Under the pieces are notes generated by a model. The model saw only the letters and a list, made by a program, of their open reading frames with translations. It was not told where the DNA came from and did no database searches. A program made the position numbers and the translations under genes. A DNA stretch of 64,000 nucleotides, from assembly GCA_011109175.1 (NCBI GenBank), contig RDEW01000033.1, positions 62,001-126,000 of the forward strand. The letters are read 5' to 3'. Shown in pieces: positions 12,740 through 25,920 of this stretch. The stretch comes from Dicyema japonicum (taxonomy: Eukaryota > Animalia > Dicyemida). The first letter of the stretch is position 1. Each line of letters begins with the position of its first letter.

Positions 12740-14202
12740 CCGTTGCACTCCACTAAACGTCTGGTATCTGGACGATTGTATTCTCGGTGGAAGTCCCGAT
12801 GATATTCTCTCCAAAGTTGCATCGATCAGACGTTTGTGTGGAAAAATCGGTCTGGAATTTAACAATGAAAAGTGCGAAGCATTTAATCTGAATTTGAGTT
12901 CCGATTCATTCTACCTTTTTCATAGAAAACTCTGCGATATCATCTCAGGGGTTAGGGAGACTCATATTGATTCTCTCGACTTCCTTGGGTGTGGGATTTT
13001 GGTAAACCGGGTGTGGGAGGGATTGGAAGGCAAGAGGACTAATTTACGTCAGTATGCCGACAGGATGAGTTTTTTGGACCGTCATGTCGCCTTTTTTATG
13101 CTGAAGAATTGTCTCCTTCTCCCAAAACTCATTTTTATTCTACGGGGATCCCCATGCTACGACGAAAAAGACCTTCTATCGTTAATTGATATAGATATCC
13201 GGTCAACGATGAGGTCCATTCTTAATGTTTTGATGATTTGATGGACTGTAGCCTGGTGGTTTGGGTCTTTCTCTTCCATCGGACGTTGCTTTGGGCGCCT
13301 ATTTATCTTCGTTCGGCTCGTCAAGGCGTTTAGTGGATACGGTCCTTCACTCTACTTCCGGACTAAACGTACCGCTGACGCCGTCGGGAGCCTGGGATGA
13401 ATGGATGAATTTGTACCTGAATGCTCCGGCCAATTGTGATAAGCAAAAGTCCTATTTGTTTTGTGTCTTCGAAAAGAAGAAAGAGTCCCTTGAAAAGACG
13501 GAAGATGTAAGAAGGCTTGCCTGCCTCAAAACAGCCAGTTGTCACTCGACGGGGGCCTGGATGAACGCTTATCCATCTGCCGAAATTGGAAACCTGTTGG
13601 ATGATGAGGCTGTGAGAATAGCTACCTCGCTTCGTCTTGGTCTTAAATTGTGTGCCGAAAGAAAATGCCGCTGTGGACGTTGGATCGATCCTTTTGGTTA
13701 TCATCCCTTGTCATGCAAGATGAGTGCGGGTCGTTTCCCCAGGCACTCCTGTCTTAACATGACATTAAAGAATTCCCTTGCCTCTGCTGGACACCATTGC
13801 CTGTTAGAACCTGCTGGTCTTTCCCGAAACGATGGAAAACGCCCTGATGGGATGACGACTTTTCCATTCGCCAACGGACGAAACCTGATCTGGGACGCGA
13901 CGTGTGTTGATACTTATTCCCCGTCTAATTTGGTTGCTTCTGCTTCAGACCCAGGACATGCTTCAAAGCAGGCCGAGGAACGAAAGAGGAGGAAGTACAT
14001 GAGAATTTCGGAGGAGTATCTTTTTGTTTCATTCGCGGTGGAAACGTCAGGAATCCTTGGCCCCCAAGCAGATGAGTTGGTTCGTAAGATCGGCTCCATG
14101 ATTCAAGCTGTGACCAAGGATCCGCCAGAGACTGGTTGGTTCCGAGAACGTATCTCGTTGGCTATTGCTAGGGGAAATAGCATGGCCATTCAGATGCCTT
14201 AA
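12740..14202 (+). mobile_element. 5'-truncated CRE-clade non-LTR retrotransposon (RT C-terminal half + CCHC + RLE)
   Basis: LNVWYLDDCILGG; CRCGRWIDPFGYHPLSC..RH zinc motif; RPDG..WDATCVD..E..K..KY..FAVETSG..ERISLAIARGN. One frameshift near 13240. Confidence 0.9.
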
Positions 14203-14989
14203 TTTAATTTTTCTTTCACTACGGAGTTTCGACTTCAAAAGTTAGAAGAAAGTATAATTAACTCATTATGTATAATCACTCCATCTCTATGCAACACCGT
14301 AATTGCTAGAATTCAGAGGTTAGCCCCATCGGTGTTAAATAATGATGACATGGTTTATTAAATAATTTTATTGTTCCACTTTGCTTTTTGTAAGAACCAC
14401 TTTGATTTTAGTAAGAACCACTTTAAACCTGAAATGGTATAGATAAGTCACTTCATGATGGATGAAAACCAACCTCCTTTTCGCGACTACGTACAAAGTA
14501 ATGAAATAAAGAGACATAAGAAACCAGATGTTGTGAATTAAAAAAATGTCAGATACTCAAAGGATCCGTGTTGGAATTCCCTTAAAAAAAGAAGTTACAT
14601 TTTTTGATTTCTTTCTTCCTTTCAATGATTAATTATATAATTGTTCTTTACTCTAATAAAATGTGTGTCTTGCCTATGCGGAGCTACAAGTATTATGGCT
14701 CTTTTGAAAAGGCTGTTATTATTTAAAATCAATTAACTCGGTGATAAGATCCTTTAAAGACAACCGAGAAAAAAGATGACTGATTGAGCGCATTTCCCTA
14801 TAATGGAATTCGTTCTCAAACACGAAGCCTACTTACTAACTTATAACTCATTCACGTTATTTGACCTTAAGGATTATAAATAATAAATTTATAAAATACA
14901 ACAAACTATCAGAACGGTCAATCCTAAAAAAGTAACAAAAAACTACCCAATATGTGGAAATAAACATATTCATGTTATTCTTAATATCT

Positions 14990-16099
14990 TCCATCACAAA
15001 CCCATACTACAGATAAATAAATAAAGTACATCATTTATTGGAGTTTTTCCAACCAAAGAAATCTGCGAGTCATCGCTGCTGGATTGAAGGACTCTGCTCA
15101 ACTTTGAGAGCACACAATCACCACTCAGTCCAAAAAACGACATTGTTGACTGGAGAAAGGTGGGGTATCACCCTCAAACAAGACCATACTCCACGAACAT
15201 TCATCCATATCCTGACTGCACAGTCGTCTCCACCAGAAGCCATCACACTTCCATCTCCATTCATAGACATAGATCTCACCCCCTTCCTACAATAACAAAT
15301 AAGCCTTCACTCGTGTCCATACAATCTCCCAATTTTCTGTTCCACTTTCAATATCACTCCAGTAGAAGCTCCAATGAAGAATTCACTCCCAAGTAGGACA
15401 CAAGTGGGCAGTATATCCAAGGGAATAGTCCTCAAAACTTTCTCTAAAAGAAGGTCAACACCTTGTAGAGAATACATTCTTACTTTGCAGGTTCTGTCCA
15501 GTGAAATAGAGGCCAAGAGCCTTCCACAAGGAATAGAGGAAATGTCTATGACAGGAAGCACATGCTCTCTGAAAATAGTCTTTTCATCGACTTTTGTATT
15601 AAAGAGAGAATTTATGCTCCAAGATATGACGAGAGCGTCGTCTGCACAAGAAACGAGCCTGGAATTATTTCCCCAATTTTGAGGCAGTTTATGGTCTGGA
15701 AATGGCCACGTGTCTCAGAAAGTAGGACGCCCGTCCTCATCTAAAAAAATAAATAATATCTTTTACTTCCCAAGTATAAATTGACTTTCCCAAAGCTATA
15801 AACAGAAAATGATTATCCAGAGAAACAGCCAAGGCTGATGGTACGCCAGGAAGTATATTTTTGGAGTTTAAAGACTTTTCAGTGCTATTCTGCACGAGAT
15901 ATGGTTTTTCGTTACCACATGCGAGGATGAGCGAAACCAATTACAGTCAAAGAACGTGTTTTTACAAGCTCAGTATTGTACTTTGTTATATTTGTACCAT
16001 TTAAGGGATTCCAACAGCTTATTGTAGATGACTGTGAAGATGACTGAGTAGTATATAATAACTTTCAAATAGTAATAAAATCATCACCTGGGAAGACAT
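14990..16099 (-). CDS. WDR18: WD-repeat protein 18 (Ipi3)-like; multi-exon; 3' end approximate
   Basis: ATG at 16099. SCWNPLNGTNITKY, ILPGVPSALAVS, SIYTWEMRTGVLL..RGHFQTINCL, LPVIDI..SISLDRTCKV, GHEKGVRSMSMNGDGSVMASGGDD follow the WDR18 motif order. Apparent frameshift near 15932. Confidence 0.75.
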
Positions 16100-16714
16100 A
16101 AGTCACGTTCTTTAAATTTAAAATGCTAAATTATTAATTAAAATTTAAATAATAATTAAATATTTAGTAATCTGGATTTAAAATTTAAATTTTTAAATCA
16201 TTTTATGAACTAGTGATTTTACCTTAGCATTTAATAAGAATAGTTGTGCTAGTTAATCTTAGGATCGCCCTTCTGAAAGCAGTTTTGATCTGACGAGAAG
16301 ATGGTGAGGCTAGTTACTCTTCCTAACAGCCCTCTCTATGAAGTCTTGAACAAAAACATTAAAAACCGTTCTAGATACGAGATCCTTTCAGGAGAGTCAT
16401 CCAGGATTATTTTCTACATTGGATAGGACCTCCCTGTATCGGTCTAGGGTAACTTAGTTGGGAACTCTATCTCTTTTCCTTTTAACGCGGTGATTCTAGG
16501 ATAATTATAATTAATCATAGAAGGGGGTCAAAACATCAAGAATGTTATTAACTTTTTCCGTTCACATGCGAATTTCTGTAGACAATCCGGTTCCCTTGTA
16601 AGGTATCACTGATGACTGCGTTACTCGTCAATTCAGAGATGTAAATTGGAACCTGGAAGCATCTGAATTCTGTCCAGAATTTTTACATTACGTCATCTTT
16701 CAAGAAACATTAAG

Positions 16715-16925
16715 AAATACGAAGCGCTACGCGACCGATTCGCGTTCTATCCGATTGTGGTCGAGACAACTGGAGGAATAAGTGGAAAATCGCTTCACTT
16801 CCTAAAGAAACTTGGACACCTAGCTACACTAAAAAGCCACGACGCACGTGAGATCCGATGGCTTCTCCAGTTGATCTCTGTTCCAATCGTGAGAGGCAAC
16901 GCAACGTGGAGTTTATTGACTTTAA
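16715..16925 (+). mobile_element. CRE-clade RLE tail fragment
   Basis: KKYEALRDRFAFYPIVVETTGG..REIRWLLQLISVPIVRGNA. Confidence 0.85.
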
Positions 16926-17449
16926 AAATTCAAAATTTTGACCTTTTTTGACTTTATGAAAAATTTATCTATAGAAAAAAATTTATCTGCATAAATTGTT
17001 ACTGAAATACAATTTCTGAATATGCTAGCTGCGTCTTCCTCGGTGAAGTAAGTTTTCCCTGTCATCTTTATCAATTTATAAACCAATATTACATAATATG
17101 GCTGATAAATTGCTCCGTAGTTATTTTAATAGATACTTCTGGCCATGTTTATTTAAAAATTCCATTTCTATCAAAATTATTGTTATTTTTACTTCAATAA
17201 AATTTTTATAATAATTTTCAAGAATTTCAAGACAATCTCCCTTTCTGACCATAATTATTTTACGAAGATAGCCAATTTCAATAAAATTTTCTACTTTTTT
17301 ATGCAAGAAATTTATTAGTGTATTCACATATATTGTAGATAAACCAACTTTACCAAAATCTATAATAAATGAATTTATAAAACTCAAAAATAGCTTCTGT
17401 CAAGTTACCTTTGCACAAATTTTCTACACTTTTGCATAGAAATAAGTAA

Positions 17450-17708
17450 AACGATATCTTATACTCTCAAACAAGTTTTGTAAAAATTACTGTTCAAGTT
17501 ATGAAGGGAAATCATATTCGACTAAGCATCAATGACCTCTTTGATCCTAGAGTCGGTGAATGGAATGAGAAAATAAGTAGCAACGGTGAAATAGTAATAA
17601 AAATGATAAACCTGTAAGTTTGAAATGTTTATTAGACAGAAGATTCAACAAAAAGCTGTTGTTAAAAAATTCGTGAGTTGATAGAAAATTCACCAGAATA
17701 TTTTTTAA
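17450..17708 (+). CDS. Unassigned intron-bearing coding fragment
   Basis: Open frame over ~50 codons joined in phase across consensus introns 17614-17635 (GTAAGT, 22 nt) and 17673-17696 (GTGAGT, 24 nt) to TAA at 17706-17708. 5' end unresolved; no homology recognised. Confidence 0.35.
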
Positions 17709-18645
17709 TAAGTCTTAACCTTTTCAATGACCTTCCTGATTGAATGTGGTATAACAGTTGATGACACGTTAGTATTTTATTCAAAAACTCGAAAAATTAA
17801 TAAATAAAAAATAAAAATCAATAAATTTTTTGACATTACCCGAAATTTTGACTTTTTTGAGTTTATAACTTTCGATTTATATAATATTTTTGATAAAAAT
17901 CACATTTTTAAAAGTTTTAAACAATTTTAAAAATATATAAATTTTTGACTTTATTGACAAAAATCTCCCTACTAATAATATCTTGTTACTCATCAAAGCC
18001 AGATTTATCAAATATCATGCCAGGCAAGATTTGAGCTCAGACCAGTGCATCCGACACTTCTCTTTGAAACTTCGCATACTAAATGTCTCCTGAATTCATC
18101 ATTCCATTTCAATGTAAACAAGGTCATGAACTTTTATGATAAGAAATGGGTGGGTAAAAGTCAATTGTTAAATTGTAGTTAAATTTAATTCATCGGTTAA
18201 AGTTGGCCGTCCTGAGAAAATGTGAAAGGGAGAGACCAAAGTGAAAGAGTCCTCAAAAATATTTCTAATATCGAGAAATAGTCCTTATATTTAGCATATA
18301 AATCATGACTAATTAATGAAATATTAATTGGAAAAGAAATTAAAAGGCGGTTCTTTTACTCAATAGTTAATGGTGAGTAAACAAAACTTTGCGGTAATCC
18401 TAAATAACATACAATCAATAATTCAAATTGAAATCAATTATCATGAAATGGTTAATAATTATAAGGAATTCAGATTTTAAATTTATTTATTAGTCGTTGA
18501 ACAAATATCGATAAGTTTGATAGTTCAAAATTTAAATTTGAATCAAAAACAGATATTAACTAAAATATTGATATTAAAATAAAATTATAATTTACAAAAA
18601 ATTATATAATTTGGAATAAAATATATTACATTTAAAAATCAGACA

Positions 18646-20129
18646 ATGAGTGCTGCCAGATGGTTCTATGCTGAACCAATAATATTGATGATAGTTTTGT
18701 CCAATTCACTTCTTCTACTTGTTGTTCAATCCTTGGTATATGAACGGAAGTGCACTGAACTGTACTCGAACTGTTCATTTTTGCACTCGAAACTAAATAA
18801 TTCTGATGACCACTCTAAAAGAATAAAAGTTCAGAGCAGATCTGACATGATTTTGACATACAATTTGCTGCTTTCGTTTGTGACTCCGATTATATGCACG
18901 TTCATCTTTGGACTGCAAATCGACAATGGGAGGTACAAGATCTCATTTGTTTTGCCCATTCTTGGATGTCTTTTAGGAAATTTGCTGTTGATTTTCATCG
19001 GGGAGTATAACTTGGAGCTCAAATTTATTTATTTGTCCTCATTTTTGATGTTTTTATTCGGTGGATCAATCGTGGTCATTATGGCTTGCTTCTCTTTTAT
19101 CACAGTTACCGCCAAAAGTCAGGAATTTTCAGCACGTGTTATTATCGGGGAGATGATGATTGTGATTGGGACTTCCATTGGGAACTCCCTCGGAGGTTAT
19201 TTTGCGGATAATGGACTTTTGCTGAACTCCTTCCTTGTTTCCCTTTCATTTTACGGAATTTCCCTCCTCTATGTGCTTTTTGGGTCACCGGATTATCCAA
19301 ATCCTCTGATCTTTGAAATTGAACGCATGTCTATGACTTTGGAATTAAAGTATTTTTGATTTTTTGTTTTTTTCGTACTTTATTCTTATTCTTAGGCGAA
19401 TGTTCATTTTTCTTCAGGAAAAACACTTTCGTCGTAAATTCATTGTCTCTTACTTGTTGATTTACTCTCTCATTGTATTTGTCACCAACGGTTTCTCGTT
19501 TTTTCGTAATTTTCAGGTTTCACGGCAGTTTCTTATCTGTATTTGGTAAATATGCCTTTTTTGTTGACCAATCAGTTGTATGGACTGGTGTCGTCTATCA
19601 TTGTGGTCTCTGGAGTGGTTCTTGGAATTCTTGGTGCCTATATTTTTATCGGACGTTATAAAATGCTGGAAAGCACGTTTTGTTGTTTGGCCTCTCTGTT
19701 GACGACGATTGGGTTCTTTTTCATGTCGTTAGGACATTCTCGGGATTACGTTTATGTTGGTTAGTCATGTTCCTCTGAGAGTAGGGGCTTTGCTGATTTC
19801 TGGTTTGAGGACGCTCAGTGCTATTTTGAAGTCAATGTTGGCGAAAACTGTGCAGTTTGAGGAAAGGGGTTAATTATTTTGCTAAAATTAGGTCGGTTAT
19901 TTTCGCTTGTGGTTCAATGCCAGAATGTTGTGCTAGTTCTTAGTGGGACTTTGTCCTTCGTTATTTATAATGCGCTTTTGGAGATAAATGCTACGGCTAT
20001 TTGTTACTTCTTTGTGGCTCTCTCATTTATCCTCTTTGCTTTTTTTATGTATTTTTGGTTAATATTTTTAGAGGACATCGATTGTACGAGTTCAGAGTTC
20101 CGCTCAAGTTTTCCGAATTGGAGGATTAA
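18646..20129 (+). CDS. SLC46/PCFT-family MFS transporter; multi-exon
   Basis: EPIILM..LLVVQSLVYERKC..CS, ILPILGCLLG, FGGS..MACFSFIT..R..IGE; many hydrophobic segments. Last exon YEFRVPLKFSELED-TAA at 20127-20129. Confidence 0.8.
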
Positions 20130-20717
20130 AATATTTTTTATTGCTAATTTTGTAAATTCAAAATTTTATTTTTTAATGACGTTGTTGTTTTTTATTGACG
20201 TTAGTTTTATTGACTTTTGATCTTTAAAATATTCACTATCTATGACTATAGGACTGGTCAACTATTCTCTGCCTTAACTGCCTTCATTTTTCCTCCACCT
20301 TCTCGGATCTGTGGAAACGTCCGCTTTGAGGTTTTACGTTCATGTTAGCTACTGGTTTCCTTCGGTTGAGAAACTAGAGGTAAATGAATAATTTTATTAG
20401 AATTTGTGAAATATTTTTGGCTCAAAAGCAATATTGTAATTTTTTTTCCAAATTTATTTTTTATGGGAAATAAATTTTTTACTTTCATAATTAAAGTCGT
20501 GCTTTATGTTGCTCAGAGAAAGTAATAGTCAGAGTTGTAGAAATAGCACATTTCTTATCACTGATTGATTTTACTGTAATGCTTATTGATAGTTTTATCT
20601 CACATTAATGTACATGTGAGTAATTAGAGAATTTAGGTTTTAGATTTCATTGAGAATGAGTTAATAATAACTGCTTTGATAAGTTTTCCTGATAATTTGT
20701 CACTTTCCGGTTCCCCT

Positions 20718-21070
20718 ATGCCTCGACGCTTGAATTATGAGTCGTCCAGGGAATCGGATTTGCTACAATCGAAGGATTTTTAAGCAAAAGGCTCTGTTTG
20801 CGATTTTTCAAAGTTGGATACAAACGAAGAGCCTTCGTTCTGTTACACACAAGAAACTATTGGAAGATCATGTGAGTATTCAGAATTTTTCTCATTAGCT
20901 TCTAAAGGGAACAATTCTTTAGATCAGAAGCATTGTTTTGCCTTGTTCAAGACATAAACTAAATCATGATGGAATATGCAATATAAGACATAGATGTCTA
21001 CGTTATCACTTTTCAGGAATTTGTGCTAAAAATAAAAGTTATAAAGCTTATTCAGCACATCTGTTGTTAT
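20718..21070 (+). pseudogene. Decayed intron-bearing gene fragment
   Basis: Two consensus-like introns (20872-20898, 27 nt; 20996-21016, 21 nt), but in-frame TAA stops in the joined exons; no homology recognised. Confidence 0.3.
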
Positions 21071-22059
21071 AAATAATTATGTGGAAATAACGGTGGAAAC
21101 TATTGATTGAGTTAGTGACGGGACTTGTTCACATATGAGGTATCAGGATTTTACCGTTCTATCATTTAATGTCAGAAACTTGAATGATATTTCCAAACGA
21201 ATAATATTATACTTACAGTGCCACTATTGGATTCTTTCAAGAGACTCAAGTCAAGTGTGGATTAGATGAGTACATAATGATTACCGAATTATCTTCCTAC
21301 TTTCTCACCACTAGGCTGGGGTTCGCTATTCACAAAAGTTATTGTAAATCAATCTACAATTGTTATTGTGCGAACGACTGATGATAGCTTCGTGTGTGGC
21401 ACATGAGGTGACTTAATTAGTGTATTTGACATTTAAGTCAGACATGAGAAGGGAGTAGACCGTGATAAAACGGTCCAATATTATAGTTGCTCAAAAAGGA
21501 AACGTCTTAGGGATATATTTATCATAATCCTTGAGATTTTTCTAGCGTAGAGGAATAATTTATTTAAATAAAATTCAATGAAATTTCATGTATTCAGTGT
21601 TTCTCCAGTTCAGCCTTGCATAGTAGAAAATTGATAACAGAGTTAGCGATAGAGACATTTATACAATAGTTGCGTCATCAACTCCTCATTCCATCAACCT
21701 GCTGAGATCATTAAAAACATTTAAAGATTCCGTTATTCTTCTTCAAAGAAGACGATGACCTTCTAGTTCTCCAAATTTTGGACCAGATGAAATTCAAATC
21801 CGATATATTGGCGTATTTGACAGTTCTTAGTGTATCTAATTTATCCGAGTTCTCATAGGAAAACAAAACAAGAGGTCACTACTATTTCGAAAAATGAAGA
21901 CAAGTAAGTTATTTCAATTGCTTTCATTAGTAGGGTTTATTATTTTTAATTGCTGAAATATTTTGAATAAATCAGAATTTGTGTAGATTATTATTATTAT
22001 TATTTAAGCCAAAGAAACCCCGTCTTAACCAATAACTAATATTCAGGTGATCCCGGCAT

Positions 22060-22320
22060 TTGTTCAGATGGTTTCTCCTTCTTCAATCTCACGATGATAA
22101 TCACTCACCGTGAATCGGGCTTAGAAAGAGCCGAAACCATTAAAGAAAATACCTTAGGAGGACAGTTTTTTTCAATCCCGTCGCAACCTAAACCTCGGGA
22201 ATTTAAGATTCAAATCGTTGATAGAAGAAAAGGAGGAAATACAGTCAAAAAAGGAATGGTAGATTTAACGCATTTCCACATGAATCATAACCGGAAATGC
22301 GCTCTCAATCACGATAGTTT
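22060..22320 (+). mobile_element. Degenerate CRE RLE tail
   Basis: RAETIKE..LGGQFF-NPVAT.TSG; nucleotide similarity to the reverse complement of 59190-59260. Confidence 0.6.
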
Positions 22321-22564
22321 CTTACTGAATATAACACTTTGGAAATTTATTAAAAATATATTTTTTGATTAAAAATTTGTTAAAATATTAAAAAATAATT
22401 AAAATTTAATATATCGAAGTGTCAAAGGTGTTGATTTAAAAATATATTATTTATAAAATATGAAAAAGATTAATTTAAAAATATAAAAATTAAATTTTGA
22501 ATTCTGGTTTGTTGTGGGACTTACTATTCTTGATATTATTTAAATCATTTTTATTGTTATGTAG

Positions 22565-24950
22565 ATGAATAACAACGGCCAAATCAACGATTTAGAGGAC
22601 GGAGAAGTTTCCGAACTAGAAAATGAAGAATCCCAGGTATCTATGGAGTTGGAAACAAAGTAAAAATGAATATTACATTTAGCAATTCCGACACAAACTC
22701 CGAAGTTAAAAAACCAGACACAGAAAACGAAGACAAAAAACCTAACAAAATCGTCCCTATCAGCCTCGAAGAATTGATCGAAAAGCGAAAGGCTGAGGAA
22801 GAGGCGAAGAAACGTGTTTTAATTGAATTTAAATTCCAGCCAAAATTCCTCACAAAGGAAGAACGAACTTTGGCTGCTTTAAAACGCAGGGCTGAACAGG
22901 TTTCCCAGGATAAGGATCGATTTAAAAAATTGAGGCGACACCGGACCGATTTCATCGACGACGGCCGATACGGTATCTCTCGTGAAAAGTACCTGCACTT
23001 TTATATTTTAGAACAGCCGAAATTTCCTGCCCAAAATCTGACACAGTTGACTCAAAGGAAATGGAAGCAATTCGGGTACTTGTTTTATCGCATCTTCAGG
23101 AAAGTTACCTGGGCAGCCACAAAAGGAAGAAGAAGTTACGTCGGCATAGTGATAAGAAGTTTGTCTTTGATTGGGATGCTGGTGAGGACACCTCCTATGA
23201 CCCAAACCCACTCTATAGTCAGCGACATGAAATGCAGTTCTTGGGTCGTGGGAAGTTTGGGGGAGTCGATATTAAGGTATTTTTTTCTCAGATCCCTTAG
23301 GTTCAAAAAACGGCCAACGGAAAGTTCTACAACGAGTTGCTGGAAAAACGGAAAACCGAGGAAGACGTGAAGCATGAGACTGCGAGAGCCAAGAAACAAG
23401 AATTGAAAGAATATAAGCGGATCTGGGACGACAGACACTGGAGTGAAAAGAACCTGGAGGAGATGTCCACCCGAGACTGGCGGATTCTTAAAGAAGACTT
23501 CAATATTGTTACCAAAGGTGGCAGAATTCCCAATCCATTGAGAAGTTGGGAGGAGGCTGATTTTCCTTCGGGGATTAAAAGCATCATAAACCATGTGGGG
23601 TACACGGTTGGCTCGGCTTTGGTGATTTTCTAGGAACCGACTCCAATTCAGCGTCAGGGAATACCAATTGGGATGTCAAATCGTGATATTATTGGGATTG
23701 CTGAAACTGGAAGCGGGAAAACTCTGGCCTTCTTGGCTCCCTTGCTCGTCTGGCTTGATCTTCTGCCCAGATTAGATCGGTTGGCTATCCTCGTTCATTT
23801 TAGTGAATCTGACATGGACAAGGGTCCGTACGCTTTGATTCTAGCTCCAACAAGAGAACTGGCTCAGCAAATTGAGGAGGAGACCCTACGATTTGGAACA
23901 CCATTGGGAATCAAGGTGGTCTCGCTCATAGGGGGACTTAGCAGGGAGGCCCAGGGAATGCAGCTTCGTAAGGGATGTGAGGTATGCTGGGGTGTTATCC
24001 CTAGATTGTTATTGCGACGCCTGGAAGAATGCTGGATGTTCTCAAGAGCCGTTACCTTGTTCTGGGTCGCTGTACATATGTTGTGATGGATGAAGCTGAC
24101 CGAATGATTGATATGGGCTTTGAACCTGACGTGATAGAAATCCTTAATAGCATGCCTGTTGTGAATATGAAGCCTGATGGAGAGTGCGTTGAGTCGATTG
24201 GCCGGTATTCCTTCAAAAGTAAAAACAAATACAGGCAGGTTTGACTGGGTTTTAAGATATAGACGTCTATGTTCACGGCTACAATGTCCCCCGCCATAGA
24301 AAGGATTGCTCAAAAGTACCTTAGATCCCCGGCTGTAGTCTACATAGGGACTGTGGGGAAACCGACCGAACGCGTGGAGCAGATTGTGTTTATGATTAAC
24401 GAGAATAAAAAACGTGATAAACTCGTCAAGATTTTACGGCAAGAATTCGTCCCCCCGATTATTATTTTTGTTAATCAGAAGAAGGGTGCTGACCTTCTCT
24501 GTAAAGGGCTTGAGAAATTCGGTTATAATGCCTGTACCTTGCACGGTGGTAAAGGACAGGAACAGAGGGATCATGCCCTAAGTAGTCTCAAGTCTGGATC
24601 TAAGGAGATTCTGGTGGCAACCGACGTGGCTGGCCGTGGAATTGACATTAAGGACGTTTCCATGGTGATTAACTATGATATGGCAAAGTCGATTGAAGGT
24701 TGTTATTTAGTTGTAGATGGCAGATTATGTACACCGTATTGGAAGGACTGGGAGAGCTGGTAAAGAAGGAAAGGCTGTGACTTTTCTCACGCAGGAAGAC
24801 AATGCTGTGTTCTATGACTTGAAAGAGTTGATTTTGGAGAGCAAGGTTTCCACCTGTCCCCCAGAATTGCTAAACCACCCTGATGCCCAAGTTAAACCTG
24901 GCACGTTTGTTCAGAAAAGTCGCCGAGATGAAAAACTGTTTATAGTATAA
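22565..24950 (+). CDS. DDX23: DEAD-box helicase DDX23 (Prp28, U5-100K); multi-exon
   Basis: [100 protein letters not shown]; TAA at 24948-24950. Confidence 0.95.
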
Positions 24951-25029
24951 TTTGATATTAATCCTTTTCTGTCCAAATTTTATTAATTTTTTTCTCTTAT
25001 TAGTAATTATCAGCAACATGCATGGATTC

Positions 25030-25110
25030 GTATTAACTGTCATCCTGCACGAACCTCATTCGCCATCCTGAAAAGGAATAGCCACGCGATCAGGTGGGCC
25101 GCTGCATGAC
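25030..25110 (+). mobile_element. CRE 3' tip
   Basis: ARTSFAILKRNSHAIRWAAA-TGA, comparable to ERISLAIARGNSMAI of larger copies. Confidence 0.5.
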
Positions 25111-25479
25111 CTTTTTGTTTATTTCATTTGGTTTTAATTAATAAAACTTTCTGACTGTCATCATATACGTGCAGCTTCTAGCAGATCCTTCAATTTAATA
25201 TTAATCCAGTGGTTCGACATTGTCATATTCTGATTGGAATTAATATAGTCATTAAAATTGAATAGTCAAACAATTAAATGAAATCTACTTATAATTGAAA
25301 GTTCATTATTTGAAACACTTAATTAAAGAATACTGGTATTAAGTTAAGGGGAAGTAATTGTGCAATAGTAGAGACAATGGAAAATCACAGAAGTTGGATG
25401 AAGTAGTTGATTGGTGAACTGGGATCACCTAACTGTTTTACGTTAATTCTTTCTTTTTTTCCTGGTGATCCAGGGGTTC

Positions 25480-25920
25480 TAAGTAAATAAATAAGGGAAG
25501 GTAGTACGAAACGATAGGGCTTGCCAACCAACTAATATCAGATACTTTTGTGCGGCTTTTCTAAACATCGAATAAAATTTTCGTTTCTCAGATACCAAAG
25601 ACTTTGATGAGACGTCATAAATTATGACGTCGTCAGCGTATATGATTTCTGTATGTTGGGTTTCTGGGGAAAGCAATTCACTCATTACAATGGTGAATAA
25701 TAGAAGACTGAGCACTGAGCCTCGATGGACACCTCTTCTCAGTCAAATTTCACGAGACATAGCATAGAAATTAACAATTGACCTTCTGTCCGATAGGAAA
25801 TTTCTTAACAAAAAATAAAGCTCTTTTTGAATGCCACATTTCCAAGACATGTACGTATAGCGATCTTGTCCTTACCAGGAGCATTGTATCTATTGTCAGA
25901 GCACCTTCAACTTCAGCATT
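25480..25920 (-). mobile_element. LINE reverse-transcriptase fragment (Jockey/CR1-like)
   Basis: GVHRGSVLSLLLFTIVM and IIYADDVIIY motifs. Confidence 0.8.

Noticed and set aside
13363-14238. Antisense ORFs over CRE elements (also 28410-29194 and 29456-30505)
   Set aside because: Shadow ORFs of GC-richer TE coding sequence; no independent motifs.
14390-14424. Short tandem duplication GTAAGAACCACTTT (similar cases at ~1001-1040 and ~32215-32235)
   Set aside because: Only two units with no spacer series; not CRISPR-like or satellite.
20718-20960. Stop-codon reassignment (in-frame TAA in spliced frames)
   Set aside because: DRG2, DDX23, ANKEF1, PSME3 and SLC46 all terminate on TAA and have no internal stops, so the standard code fits.
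21500-21900. CR1-like LINE 3' end (KTRGH motif)
   Set aside because: A single short motif; insufficient for a supported feature.
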